A DNA stretch of 64,000 nt from Vicugna vicugna (lineage: Eukaryota). This document shows, piece after piece, positions 51,160 to 63,990 of the stretch. The notes under the pieces were generated by a model. The model made no database searches. It saw only the letters and a list, made by a program, of their open reading frames with translations, and was not told the origin of the DNA. Position numbers and translations under genes: made by a program. The stretch lies in assembly GCA_013265495.1 (NCBI GenBank), contig MU058793.1, positions 126,001 through 190,000 on the forward strand. The letters are read 5' to 3'. The first letter of the stretch is position 1. Each line of letters opens with the position of its first letter.

Positions 51160-52150
51160 TATTAACAGCTTTATTAAGATATAATTCATATACTATATAA
51201 TTCACCCATTTAAAGCATACAATTCAATAGTATTTCATTTATTCACAGTTGTGCAACCATCACCACAATCAATGCTAGGATATTTTCATCACCCCAAGAG
51301 AAACTCCATACTCTTTAGAGTCTCCATTCCCCTCACCCCACTCAGTACTAGGCAACCACTCAACCACTTTCTACATCTATGGATCTGCCTATTCTGGATA
51401 TTTCATATAAACGGAATCAAACAATATGTGGTCCTTTGTAACTGGCTCCTTTCACTTAGCATAATGTTTTTAAGATTCATCCATGTTGCAGCATGCATAA
51501 GCATTTTATTCCTTTTTTATTGTCAAATAATACTGCATTGTATGGATATACCATATTCAATTAATCCACCCATTAGTTGTTGGACATTTGGGCTGTTTTC
51601 TCTTAGGGGTTATTATAAATAATGCTGCTTTGAGTATTTATGTACAAGTTTTTTGTGTGACCATATGTTTTCATTTATCTTGAATATAAGCTTAGGAGTT
51701 TAATTGCTGGTTGCTTGGTTGCTTGGTTGCATGGTACTCATTGTTTAAACTTTTGAGGAACTTTCAGATGATTTTCCAGTGTGGCTGCACCATTTTACAT
51801 TCCCACCAACAGTGTATGATGGTTCCAATTTCTCCAGCAGTTGTTATTGTCTTTTTGATTATGCCTATCCTACTAAGTATGAAGTGATATCTTATTATAG
51901 ATTTGATTTGCATTTCCTAACAGCTAATAATGTCAAAGCTTATTTTCAGGTGCTTATTGGCAATTTTTATGTCTTTTATGAAAAAAATGTCTATTTAGAT
52001 CCTTTGCCCATTTTTCAGTTGGGTTATGTGTCTTTTTGTTGTTGAGTTGTAGGAGTTTTTACATATTCTAAATACAAGTTCCTTATATATGAGACCTGCA
52101 AATATTTTTTCCCATTTTGTAGGCTGTCTTCTATATCCTTGTTGATCTTT
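51160..52150 (-). mobile_element. L1MB-like 3'UTR and ORF2 end
   Basis: 'aacagctttattaagatataattcatatactatataattcacccatttaaagcatacaattcaa...gttgtgcaaccatcaccacaatc'. Confidence 0.9.
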
Positions 52151-52179
52151 GGCACAGGTGTTCTACCTATTTTTTAAAT

Positions 52180-55065
52180 TTTTAAATTCCTTTTGAAATG
52201 TCTATTTCTGCCTTTCATTCTGTCTGTTTGTATGTCGTGTATTTGGGACTCTGTTTTTAGGGGCATGTATGTTTACAATTGTTACATATTTCCAAAGGAT
52301 GAGCCCTTTTATCATTTAAGATGCCCCTCGTTTTCTCTAGCAATATCATTTAAAAATATTTTATATTATTGTAGTCACTCCAGCTTTCTTATGGTTACTC
52401 TTTGCATGATATATCTTTTTCCATTCTTTTCCTTTCAGCTTATTTGTGTTATTGAATCTGAAATGTGTCTCCTATAGACAGCATATAATAGAATATTATT
52501 TTTCCTTCCCCACTCTAACAATCTTTGCCTATTGATTAGATTGTTTAATCTGTTCATATTTAATGTAATTGCCATTTTACTTTTTGTTTCTGTATGTCTC
52601 ATGTCCATCTCCATTCTGTTTCTTTTTTACTGCTTTCTTTTGCATTAAGTGAATATTTTATAATGTAATAATGTAATTCCTTTAATGATTTTTCCCTATT
52701 TTTGAGATATTTTCTTAGTCATTTGTTTAGGGCTTTATTTTTGAAAGATAGTTTTGCTGAATATAAAATTCTTCATTAATATTTTTTTAATTATAGCACT
52801 TTGAATACATCATCCCACTGATTTCTGGCCTTCATTATTTCTGATGAGGGGTCAGCTTTAGTCTTATTGGAGCCCCCTTTTACATGATGAATTACTATTC
52901 TCTGCTAATTTCGGTATTATCTCTTGATATTTAACTTTCAGCATTTATACTATGATGTTTCTGTGGGTGGATCTCTTCACATTTACCCTGCTTACAGTTT
53001 GTTGCGCTTCTTAGATTTGTGGTTTTTCATCAGACTGGGAAAATTTTCAGTCATTAGTTCTTCAACCATTTTTCCAGCCCTCTCCTTTCCTCTGGTACTT
53101 CTATGTATATGTTGTTGTGCTTAATGGTATCCTATATTTGATGCTCTGTTCATTTTTCTTCATTGTGTTCCCCCTATGTTCTTCAGAATGTATAATTTCT
53201 ATTGATCTACATTCAAATTCATTGATCCTTTCTTCTGCCAGTTCAAATCTAGTATTGAGCCCATCATTGAGTTTTTAACTTCAGTTATTGTACTTTTCAA
53301 CTAAAATTGACCCTTGTACAATGCAGGGATTAGGGACACTGACCCTTCATGCAGTCAAAAATTTGTGTATAACTTCCCAGTTGGCCCTGGATTTGTGGTT
53401 GGTTCCACAGCCACAGATTCAACCAATCACATATATAATAATGTAGCATATATTTATTGAAAAGAAAATCTGCACATAAGTGTACCTGTGCAGTCTAAAC
53501 TCATGTTGTTCAAAGGCCAACTATACAGAATTCCCATTGAGTTATTTTTGATAATTTCTATCAATATTCTCTATTTTATACTACATTGTCACTATACTTT
53601 ACTTCTTTAACCTTGTTTTCCTTTAGTTCTTTGAATATGTTTAGAATTGCTACTCTGAAGGGTTTCTGTTAATATTAATATCTGGTTCATTTCACATGCA
53701 ATTTATGTTGTCTTTTTTTTTTCAGTTTATGTATCCTATTTCCCTGTATCTTTGCATATCTCATCTTTTGTGCTATGGGGTGACAGAACGTTTTAGATAA
53801 ATACTGTAACAATCCTAGGTACTGGTGCCCCACCTCTGAAGACTCCTGTTGGTTGGTTGTTCATTTTGTTAGTGAATGGCTGAACTATTTTAAGTCTATT
53901 CCTCATCACTGTCTGTATGGTATGTAACCTTTGATGTTGTTCCTCTGGAGGCACAGCTTTGGGTATGCCCACAGTAACCCACATGGCATGACAGTGGTAT
54001 GAGTAGGACTCCTTTTGACTGCCTCTTTCCATGATCACACCCTGCCATAAGGTTCCATTAATCACCAGATAATTGCTGTATTATTTTGGGCAATGCCCTG
54101 GAGGATAAATGGTTCCACAGTCTGCTTCAATTAAATTTGGATCCCTTTATATGAGTAGTTTTTGAGGCCAGTGTTTGAGGTTTGTTCTGACCAAGGGAGA
54201 GCTCTTAGATGTCTCTCCCTAAATATCTCTGGTAAACTAACTGGTTTAGTATTTAGCTTGCTGCTTTTACCTCCAAGACCTTCATTGTCTTTGAGAGCAC
54301 TTTTAGGTTTGAACTTTCTGCACACTGCAAATAAAGTCATTTCCTTTAGGAAGAGCTTTAAAGTTCTCTGTAATTAAGACCTGCATCTCCCCCTGGGTAA
54401 AATTTCTGAGCCACCAGCTTCAGTACTAGAAACAAGGGCAGAGGCTTGCTTCTCTCTAAATAACATCTCTCCTTGCTTGAAGAGCAGGATACTAAATAGG
54501 GCAGTACCCTATGTTCTTATTTGCTTGTTTTCCTGGGTACAGAAACTCCACTCTATGAATGAGCTGGAGTATGACAATGGACCCAGGACTTTCGGCATGC
54601 CATGGTTGAAGGAGAGCCTCCAACGTATTAGCAGTGGCTGGGTAGCTGGGTGAAAGAAGGGAGCCCTCAAACTGCAGCCACATTTAACCTGGAATTGAGC
54701 CCCTGGAACTGTAGTTGGGAAAGATAGGAAATGCTAGCAGTCTACCTTTCTCAGGAAGATAACTTAGATCTCAACTGATAGCTTATGGGACAAGGAGTCT
54801 TGGTTGCATTTGCCTAGAGTATGGTTTCCATCACACTAAGCTGAGAAGGAGAGAGAGGGAACAAGTCATGGTTCAAATGCCACAGATTCCCACTGCTTTT
54901 ACTAAATTTTGGTAGGTTTTCTTGAATAAATACTTCTTTACTTATTATACACCCTTAGGAAAACTTTCAGAAACTTTAAATAATTGTTCTCTTAAAATAG
55001 TTTTCAACAATTAGGTTTGTTTTGCTGAAGAGCAGGTTCATGGAACTAACTGTGTTGCCATTCTA
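52180..55065 (-). mobile_element. L1M 5' region (ORF2 start, ORF1, 5'UTR), decayed
   Basis: 'gaatctgaaatgtgtctcctatagacagcatata', 'tttttgaaagatagttttgctgaatataaaattctt', 'gggaaaattttcagtcattagttcttcaa'. Confidence 0.75.
53304..53523. mobile_element. MER8/Tigger2-derived MITE
   Basis: Inverted termini 'ttgacccttgtacaa' / 'ttgttcaaaggccaac'; 'tgcagtcaaaaatttgtgtataactt'. Confidence 0.8.
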
Positions 55066-56119
55066 ATGGCAGAATTCTACTAATTCATTTTTATAAGCTA
55101 CTAAAGCCATAATGCAGAAGCAAGTAAAGTCGGTCAGGAAAAGTAAATTATAGACCAGTCTTATGTAAAAGTCCCAATAAATTGTTAATAAAGTGAAATT
55201 GGCAATTTTTTTTAATATAATAGTCTTACTTGGATGTGATACATTATGCTAGGAATTCAAGGATGGTCCAAGATCATACCTATTTAGCTTTAAAGATAAA
55301 AGCAAATGGAAGAATAATACCTATCATATGGTACTATTCATATATATTTAAAAAGTACAAAAATTCTATGTGTTTTTATGAATGTGGTATGTATGTAGTA
55401 TATGTAGTAATTGTAGTAGAAGTAGAAAAAAATGGACTATACATATAAAATTTCATGATAATATTTACCTCTGTGGAGGGTAAGGAAAGAGAATGTGATA
55501 GTAGAAGTGGACAAACGAGATTTCAACTTGATGTGATGGATGTGTATTAAACTATAGAGAATATTTTTCTCTATTTTTAATGTTAAAATATAGATAGATA
55601 GAACAACTAACCCAAAATATAACTAACATGCTCCTATATTTGTAGAATCTAGTCATAGTATCAAATACGGGGCATTACATGCTGAAAAATTCAGGAAGGT
55701 TTGTATTTGTCCTTTGACATTTTACAAACTTTTAAGACAAAAAAATCTTTTTTCTGTCTGCTCACAAGCCATACAACTTTGACCAAGATTTTTTTATTCC
55801 CATATATATGTAAAATACAGATATGAAAATCTACCTCCCCAAATTTTTGTGATAATTAAAGGATTTAATATTTGTGCAGTGCTTCGTTCAGCTTCCCAAT
55901 TTATAATAGGTGTTCAGCGAATCCAAACCTTGCCTTTGGGCTCTTCCCCTGCTCATCTGCAGAAAACACTACTGATGAGTCCTCCTGGGTGAACAAGGTT
56001 AGAGCCAAAAAGTCAGATTTATACTACAGTTCTTGGTACAAGTAGAATATCACCTCAGGCATTCTGAACGCCCCCATGGACCATTTTCCCCTTGAACCAT
56101 TTGCCTTCTTAGTGGGAAG

Positions 56120-56345
56120 CAGGCTCAGAGCCACACAGTCTTGAGTTAAGTTCTTAGCTCTGCCACTTATCAGCTATGTGACCTTGAGCAAATCGTTTAA
56201 CTTCTCTGTGCTTCAGTCTCCTCATCTGTAAAATGAGGTTAATAATTCCTATCTTTATGAGTCATTATGAGAACTGGAGATCACATATTCATGTACTTGA
56301 CACATAGTAGATACCCAATATGTTAGAATCATTATTATTATTGTT
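56120..56345 (+). mobile_element. MIR SINE
   Basis: 'agctctgccacttatcagctatgtgaccttgagcaaatcgtttaacttctctgtgcttcagtctcctcatctgtaaaatgagg'. Confidence 0.9.
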
Positions 56346-58280
56346 GTTGTTGTTTTGTTCTTATTACTATTATTATTACAAAAGCATCTTCCTTACACAT
56401 ATTTAAAAATCGATACTGATGTATATATTCTATTCAGCACTACATCATCATTATTAAAAGACCATTTATTTATAAAATGTGGCCACAACACTGGTTACCA
56501 TCACATAGATACAGACTGAGTTTTGAAATGGACATGCAACATTAATCTCTCCTTAATATTTCCTTCCCCCAGCTTAGGTTCTACCCTAGAATAGTAAAGA
56601 ATTTAATGTCTGATGGCTAGTGGATCCTAATAAACACAAAGCTTTTACTGGGTTCAGTTGCCTAAATTCACCTCCAAATATGGAATGTTATCCAAGTCAG
56701 AGTTATTGACCTAAGAGAGGTTTATTTCAGACTGTTTCGTAAAACAGCAACAAGCATTGGCTCTAAACCTGTCTCAGCTTTGCTCCAATTGCCCCCTGAA
56801 TTATTGACAGACCTAATTAACCCAGCAATTTCTTAGTGATAATTGCCATCTTTTCTTAGGCAACAGATCTGATCCCTAAACCCAGATTTGCTAAGAAACC
56901 TAAAGAGATAGCAAAATAGTCACATCAAAGCCAAAAACTCCTGTCTATAGTAAACAACCTGTCAATTAAAATCTTTTATCCCTCGGAAGGGACACAAGTC
57001 AACTTTAAACAAGAATTAACCTTTTCATTCCAATTTTCCTTTTGAAGCGTAAGGTTAGAAAAGTACAGAAACTGAAAAAAGAGACACTCAGGAACCATTG
57101 CTTTTGGGTCATATAAAGCTTTAAAACACCCCCCACCCAAAACACACAGATAAATCTTTTGATGAAATACTTCCAATTCTTTAGAGGCATTTTTAGCAAA
57201 CACAAATGTTTACCCCAATGTGCTTTCAGTGCTGTCAGCATAAGCTTGGCATGTTTATAATGCAGTTTGCATCAAGCTGAAGTCCAAAATCTGGGCAGTT
57301 TTCAGAGAAGGCACCCAGAAACTGTATTGTCTGCATTATTCACAATGCTGGAAGGAAGATCAATAGCTGCAGTTCACCAAGAAGCTCCAAAGCCCAGCAA
57401 GGAGCTGTTTTTGACACAGTGAATTTAGCAGGAATGATATGCTCTTTGCCGAACCCAAAGGCCGGTATTCTCAGGTTAACAAAGACGATAATGAAGTAGC
57501 AGCCTTCAGGCCAGAGAATACCACCTGGGAACCATTCTTGCTGAGAAGGAGCTGTGTGCAAACACAATACTCAAGAGGAGAAAAATCACAATGGAGTTGC
57601 TGCATACACCAGGGTATACACCAGAGGGGGAAAAGTGTTCACAATAGAGCATCAAGCCTAGGGAGGGGTCCATCTACCCACTCCCTTCCCATCTGCCAGC
57701 CCATCCAGAGACAACCAGGTCTTATACATACTGAAGTCCTGAGGGCTCTGGTTCTACCACCAGGAAAGCAAGACCTGTAGGGTTCTTCTTAAAAAAAAAG
57801 AGAAAAAGAACTAGATAAGGACCATGATGGATTTACCAGACACAACCAGGTAGACTGTGTACAAGGGGTCACTTGTTGACCACTGGGTATGTATACAAGT
57901 GGTCTGGAAAATTTAAACAAGGCTAGTCTCTGACAAGAGCATCACTGTGACCAGAGGACGAGTTAAATCCCTCTGCGAGGTGCTAGCACAAATTTAATCA
58001 CAGTCGGAAGTGATTCTTTAAGCAGGAGGTTAAGACACAGAGACGTTAAGTTAGAATAACCTAATTAATATTACAGGTAAACTGTCTAATCATTCAATAA
58101 ACACCTAATTTAAGCATAGGCATAACAATACTTTTAGTAATAACAGAAGGAAACCACCATTTCTTGATTGTCTACCACATGCTGAACATCATGCTGTTTT
58201 ATTTCCTTGATCCTCCAATGAATGGGCCAAAAGATGAGTAACATTTACACTCATTTTACTGATAAGAACTTAGGCCCTTA

Positions 58281-58432
58281 AGTCAGGCCAGCAGTATCAG
58301 CGTCACCTTGGAACTTGATAGAAATGTAAATTCTCAGGCCCAGAGCAAGACCTACTGAATCAGAAACTCTGGGGCTGGGACCCAGAAATCTATGGGTGAT
58401 TCTGACGGGTGCTAAAGTTTGAGAACCCTCAC
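58281..58432. mobile_element. MER5A (hAT-Charlie)
   Basis: 'ccagcagtatcagcgtcaccttggaacttgatagaaatgtaaattctcaggccc...gacctactgaatcagaaactctgggg...aaagtttgagaacc'. Confidence 0.85.
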
Positions 58433-58439
58433 CCTAGAG

Positions 58440-58610
58440 CAACGGTTCTCAGCTTTGGCTGCACCATGAAATCACTCGGACAATTTTTTAAACTACTGAT
58501 GCTTAGGTCTCATCTCTAGATATCTGATTTAACTGATCTGGGGTACAACCTGGATACAGGATTTGTAACCCAGGTGACTTATAATGGGCAGCCAAGGATA
58601 AGAGCCACAG
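58440..58610. mobile_element. MER5B-like element
   Basis: 'ggttctcagctttggctgcaccatgaaatcac...ctgatttaactgatctgggg...ggcagccaaggataagagccac'. Confidence 0.75.
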
Positions 58611-58700
58611 TACTGGAAACTAATTTTCCCAAGTTTCTCCAGGATAAGGAGCTAATATTCAAACTCAGGTCTAAGACAAATGTGTGCTCTGTCCATGCAC

Positions 58701-58861
58701 CCTTGTTACTCAAAGCCTGGCCCAGAACCACAGCATCTGCATCACCTGGGAGCTTGCTGGAAAGTAGAATCTCAGCTCATACCCCAGACCTGTGGTATTA
58801 GAACCTACATGTTAACAAGATCCCTAGATGACAGGCATATACAGTAGAGTTTGAGAGGCAG
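58701..58861. mobile_element. MER5A1-like element
   Basis: 'tactcaaagcctggcccagaaccacagcatctgcatcacctgggagcttgctggaaa...taacaagatccctagatga'. Confidence 0.75.
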
Positions 58862-59834
58862 GATATTACTCAGTGCTCTTATACCATTAGCCATATATTC
58901 ATCAGTGCCAATTTAATTGTCCTTATCAGTACGGAAGATACTATTTTAAGATACTGACTGAGATTTATTTTCCCATCCAGTCCCTTCTTCCCACTTCCTT
59001 ATATCCACTACTCTTCTGATTTCATTCAGCAACAGAAATAGCTGGTTAGTGGAAGGAGGAAGTTTACACAGCCTGGAACAAATAAGTGAATTGAATTTTT
59101 AAGCATGTGTTTTAACTGTATATTAGAAGAAGAAGAGGAATTATGTATTGCGGAAGTATACTTAATATAAAAATTTTAAACACACAAAAGAATATCTTAT
59201 ACTGCTTAGGAATACATATGTTTATAGTTAAAGAATAACCCAAATATGTGAACATGATAAGTACTAAATTCTGAATAGTGGTTGCCTCTTCTGAAAAAAA
59301 GAAGGGGTACAACTGGGGAGGGTCATACAGGGAGACTTGAAGTAGTACTCATATTCTATCTCTTAAGCTAGAAGGTGCATATACAAGTATTTTCTAGAGT
59401 ATTCTTATATATTTTTGTATGTCCAAAATATTTAGTAATTTTTTTTAAGAAAAGAAAAACAATTTTCTCTTCTTCCACTACTTGGGGTTGTAAATTGAAA
59501 TTTCCTAGCTTAACATGAAATCACAATGGCTTATATTCAAATTCCTGTGTTCCTGGAAGAAAAGCCCTCGTCCACATTGTGCGTGATTTCTTAATTTCTG
59601 TCTGCACAAGGTAATACTAGGCAGATCAAATTGTAAAGATCAAAGCGACACCCAACACCAGGACTGTGAAGGCTGGAAAAGTTGGTGGAATGCTAGAAAG
59701 GGTAAATTCTAACTTTTGTCTTGGCAGTAATTTATAGTTTGCTACCTGGTCTATTAATACCTCAGATTGGGATATAAAGTAGGACAGATGTTGAATTGCT
59801 TCTGCTTGAAATGCAGCTGCACCAACAACAAAAT

Positions 59835-60062
59835 GCTGATAAATGCTTACTCCATGCCAAGTGTTGTTCTCATCCTATTGGACCAGAACATGGATTAATG
59901 CTCTTATGAATTTACAGTAATCCTATGAGGGAGGTACTTATTACCCTATTTTATAGACATAGGAAGGTCGTGTATTAATCAAAGTCACAAAGCTAGCAAA
60001 AGTCAGAGCCAAGATCCAAATGAGGTCATCTGTCCCCAGAGCTTACACTTAACCACTCCACT
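59835..60062 (-). mobile_element. MIR SINE
   Basis: 'aatcctatgaggg...ccctattttatagac...aaagtcacaaagctagcaaaagtcagagccaagatccaaa'. Confidence 0.75.
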
Positions 60063-61679
60063 GTAGTACCTTCTAGAAGTTACCAGCATAGAGATTTCAG
60101 CTCAATAAAAGAAAAATCAGACTAATAACAGAAACTTCTCTCAAATGGTAGGAACTGTCTTATATGGCTGAGAGCTCTGTATCTCTAGAAGAATTCAAAT
60201 ACAAGTGAAAAAGAACTTCACTCACTTCAAAGTGATTGTAAGTTCTTGCAACTAGAAGGATGATCCCCTGGACCAGCAGCATCATTGGGCCACTTACTAG
60301 AAATGCAGAAGATCTGCTGAAAAGGAACCTTTATTTTAACAAGTTCCCCCAGAGCAGAAGCACTAATCCAGATCCAGGTTTTGAAGTATCAGCTTGTAGG
60401 TTCTTGTGCCCCATCTCAAACCTTCTAAATTCGTATCTCCATAATTCTTTTTAATCTGTTTTTAACAAATGTTCTCAATTGCTTGGGATGAACAGTCAGA
60501 TTTGGAAATCAGTGGTCAGATGAACTTTAGGCAGACCCTTCATCTCTGAGACTGGGTGATTCTGGGTCATCCCTTTTCATCTTCCAGGTGGGATCCACAT
60601 CTGAGTGGACAGAGGAGCGATTTCCCAGTCATCTACTCCTGACATGAGCATAACACACAGAGGAGGCCCTGACAAGGTTTATATAAATCCCACGATCTGC
60701 AGGGCCTAGATCATGAAGCCAAGCCCTTTACTTTGTCAAATACCACACCCAACAATGGAACACATGTGTTTAATATGCTCACTGTTCTGACAAGGCAGGG
60801 AAACGGAGCCCCGATATAACAGACTCATTATGCCTTCATCTGGGTCTAGAGGTGGCCTCTCTCACCTACTACTCCCTGAGGTGGAGAGACGCTACCCACA
60901 AACCACAGGCACAAAGAGACCTGCTGTTTCTCCTTCAGAACACTTGGCCCATTAGGCTAAAGCTAAAGGCTGCCTTAGGCCTGCCTCTTATTCCCAGGCT
61001 ACAGAGTCAATCCACCATCTCATTCCAAGTCAGAATAGACCCTCACACAGGATACTACCCCACTTTCAAGAAACAGTAAGTCTGAAATGCTCCAGTCTGC
61101 GTTTTTTTCTGTTCCTTTCTTTTTATAAGTAAAATTTAAAATTTACTCAGAATTGCCAATTGTTAGCATCTAGTCACATTTGTTTCAGATATTCTTGAGT
61201 GGAAAACACTCCCGCCATGTCTCAGAAACCAGGCACCTCTCTTGCCTTGCCCGCTCTCGCCCAGACTTCTGCACAGCCTGTTGCAGCAGCCTGAACAGCC
61301 TTCCTTCTCCCTGCCCAGTTCTTGCCCCCTTTTCATATATTCTCCGTGAACCTGTTCACATCCTTCCACCGTTCCAGGAGATATTGAATGCAATGGTATT
61401 AAATGCACCTAGAAATTATAAACAGCCAGTTAATCCTATAATCACTTGTTCGTCTGACTCCCCTGCTGGACTATACGCCCACAGATAGGCCAGTAGCCGT
61501 GCTGTTCATGACTTTAGTCTCAGGGTCTAGCATAGAGTGGGCACACTGGGTCAAGTTAATATTTTTTGAATGTGTGAATAATTGAAGGAATAAGTAAATA
61601 AATGGATGAATAACCCAAGTGGAGTGAGGAAGGAAAACCCACTGGGAAGAGAACCACCAAATAATTTTCAAAAGTAGGA

Positions 61680-61930
61680 ACGCTGGAAATAGAATCAGAT
61701 TCTGAAGTCAGGCTTCCTAGGTTTAAATCTGAGCTCTGCCCCTTACCAATCATGCGATTTGGAGTATGCTTCCTAAGTTCATTTTGCCCCAATTTCCTCT
61801 TACAAGAAAGTGATAAATAATGGTACTTTCCTCAGAGGGCTGCTATGACAAGAAAATGAGTTTATAAATGTAATAACTTAGTACCTTGTACACGGTTAGC
61901 ATTGTATACCTATTGACTGTGTTATTTTAT
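61680..61930 (+). mobile_element. MIR SINE
   Basis: 'tctgaagtcaggcttcctaggtttaaatctgagctctgccccttac...gtactttcctcagagggctgctatga'. Confidence 0.75.
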
Positions 61931-63764
61931 TATCTGTGCCTCTGCTCTTATTCGTGGAAATAATGAGCACTGAGCCCATACCAAACTCTCCCAGATCACT
62001 GTCGCATTTGAGGGATCACAGGGTGTGCCGACTGGTAAGCTCAACCTGGGTCTTAAGGACAGAGCAGCAACTTGGTGAATGCACACAAAGCTGGGGCTTT
62101 GGCAGTTGGGAAAGAGAGAAGGAATGTTAGAGAACAAAGGCACCCCACATAACGGTTACATGAAATCGTATATGTAGACGAAAACCTGCTCGTGGGCAAT
62201 GACAAGACAAATGACCGAAAAGTCACATGAGTTTTGTTCGGTTTTCAATTGTGTTAGTGTTCTTTTAAGACAATTCTGAGCTCCCCAAGATTCCAGGAAT
62301 CTTACACAGTCCTGAGCCAGGCCTCCTGAGGTGGGGGTGTAGGGCAGATTCTAACACTGGAGGTCATGGCCACCTCCCCACCTATGGCACTCCTTCATCT
62401 CTACAGGAAAGGGTGGGTGACTGGGCCTCACATCACTCAATCATAACTTCTTCATAGATTTAAGTTTCTGCCTAATGTGTTTTTCTGGGCCTAGATGCCA
62501 TGATATGTGAAGAAAGAATGAGTGAAAAAGAGGTGTTTATCGGGAAAACTTAACTAGAGGAAATAAGCAGTTGTCAAGGGTCAGCCATCCCCTGGCTACA
62601 ATGAACTAGAATCAATTCTCTAACTGGACTCAAATAAATTAGCAAAAATATCTCCACAGACACAGTGTCTCCCATCAGGAAATCATCTTAAGCAATGAAA
62701 AAAAGATTAATTTTATTGCCAAGGGAAATATCCTCAAATTCTAGCATGACGACTCTATTTCCACCAGGGGACACATATTTTTTTTCTATTAGCTGAAGCT
62801 CTTCCAATACAATATTCTACAGTTGCCTTTGAAGGGAAATGAATACATTCTCATTAAATTTCTGTTTATTTGGAATGTAAGATGTGGGCAGAGAGAAAGG
62901 ATTTTTAGTCAGGTGTTCACCATAAGAAAATCTCATTCTTATTCTCCAATGGCCATTCCAGGCTCCTGTGGCCAATAATGCCTTTAGTTAAATCCATTCT
63001 TAGAAAATGGCTATTGAAACACATTAGCAGAGGAAGTGGTTGGCTGCCTCTCCACCATTTTGAAGGGAATCGTATAGAATCATGCTTGCCTCTCTAAATT
63101 GTTCCTGCCTTTCTTCATTCATGCAATGATATCTAGTAAATTTCTAATAAGTATTTCAAACAATAAAAGTTTTTATCTGCAAATAAAAGTCTTAGATCAG
63201 GGCACCTTGCTAGGGCTCTCTTGCTTTGTTTTATGCCTGTTTTAGTCATGATTGATAGGCTGCTTTCTTCAGTGGAGGAACCACTGCCAGCCTCTGCCCC
63301 CACCACAGAGGACTGGAGCAGAGTCATACCCAAACGGAAGAGAATTCAACTGATTCTGAAGTGGTTGAAGGGAAATTGTCCAGGAAAAGATCCCCATTAC
63401 TAATGGGAGAGAAACTACCCAAGAGAACTCTGTGGAAAGTGGGAATGCAGGGTAAACAAAGAAAACGGTAGGGTGTTCAGCTCAAGTTCCTACTCTTAAC
63501 AAAGATAAAGACTTTGGTGGTATTTCTAAAGGCCTCCATGCAGGGAGAAACAGAATCTAGAGTGTTAGTGTGGCTAACACTAATCTGTGGGACATATTCT
63601 AGTTCTGCATGGACTTTTCAAGGATCCTTGCAATAAACTTCCATTACTCCCAAGCAATCAACACAGGTTTGGTCCTTACACCCAAGGAACCCACTTGGCT
63701 AACACCATACAGCTACCGCCCAACAAAGTGATGAACTCTCAAACCCAAGAAAACCCTAGCGAAT

Positions 63765-63990
63765 GTATATGCCAGGCACCGAGGTCCATGCTTTTCATGC
63801 ATTATTTCATAGGATCCCCACAGTAATTCTACTAGACAAATTAGCAATGTCCTTATTTCTGAAGTGAGAAGACTGAAGCCTTGGAAGGGTAAGCACTTAG
63901 CCTGAATTCATCCAAAGAGCAAATGATAGAGCTGGGGCACAAATCCAGACTGTCTGATTCAAGAGTTCATGGCCTTAACATCATGATCCA
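63765..63990 (-). mobile_element. MIR SINE
   Basis: 'atgccaggcacc...tgagaagactgaagccttggaagggtaagcacttagcctgaattca...tgtctgattc'. Confidence 0.75.

Larger units (their letters stand above)
46900..55275 (+). mobile_element. Very old L1 ORF2 scaffold broken by nested insertions
   Basis: Collinear pieces: EN region 47000-47964, 'ttgtgggatgcagctaag' 48858, 49360-49660, 'ttagatgaaa...acaccaggcccaga' 50880-51120, 'aattatagaccagtc...aggaattcaaggatggt' 55075-55270. Confidence 0.6.

Noticed and set aside
51707..51736. (GCTTGGTT)n short tandem
   Set aside because: About three units of slippage inside L1; unremarkable.
57439..57780. 113-aa ATG ORF
   Set aside because: No recognisable homology, promoter or splice context; length compatible with chance.
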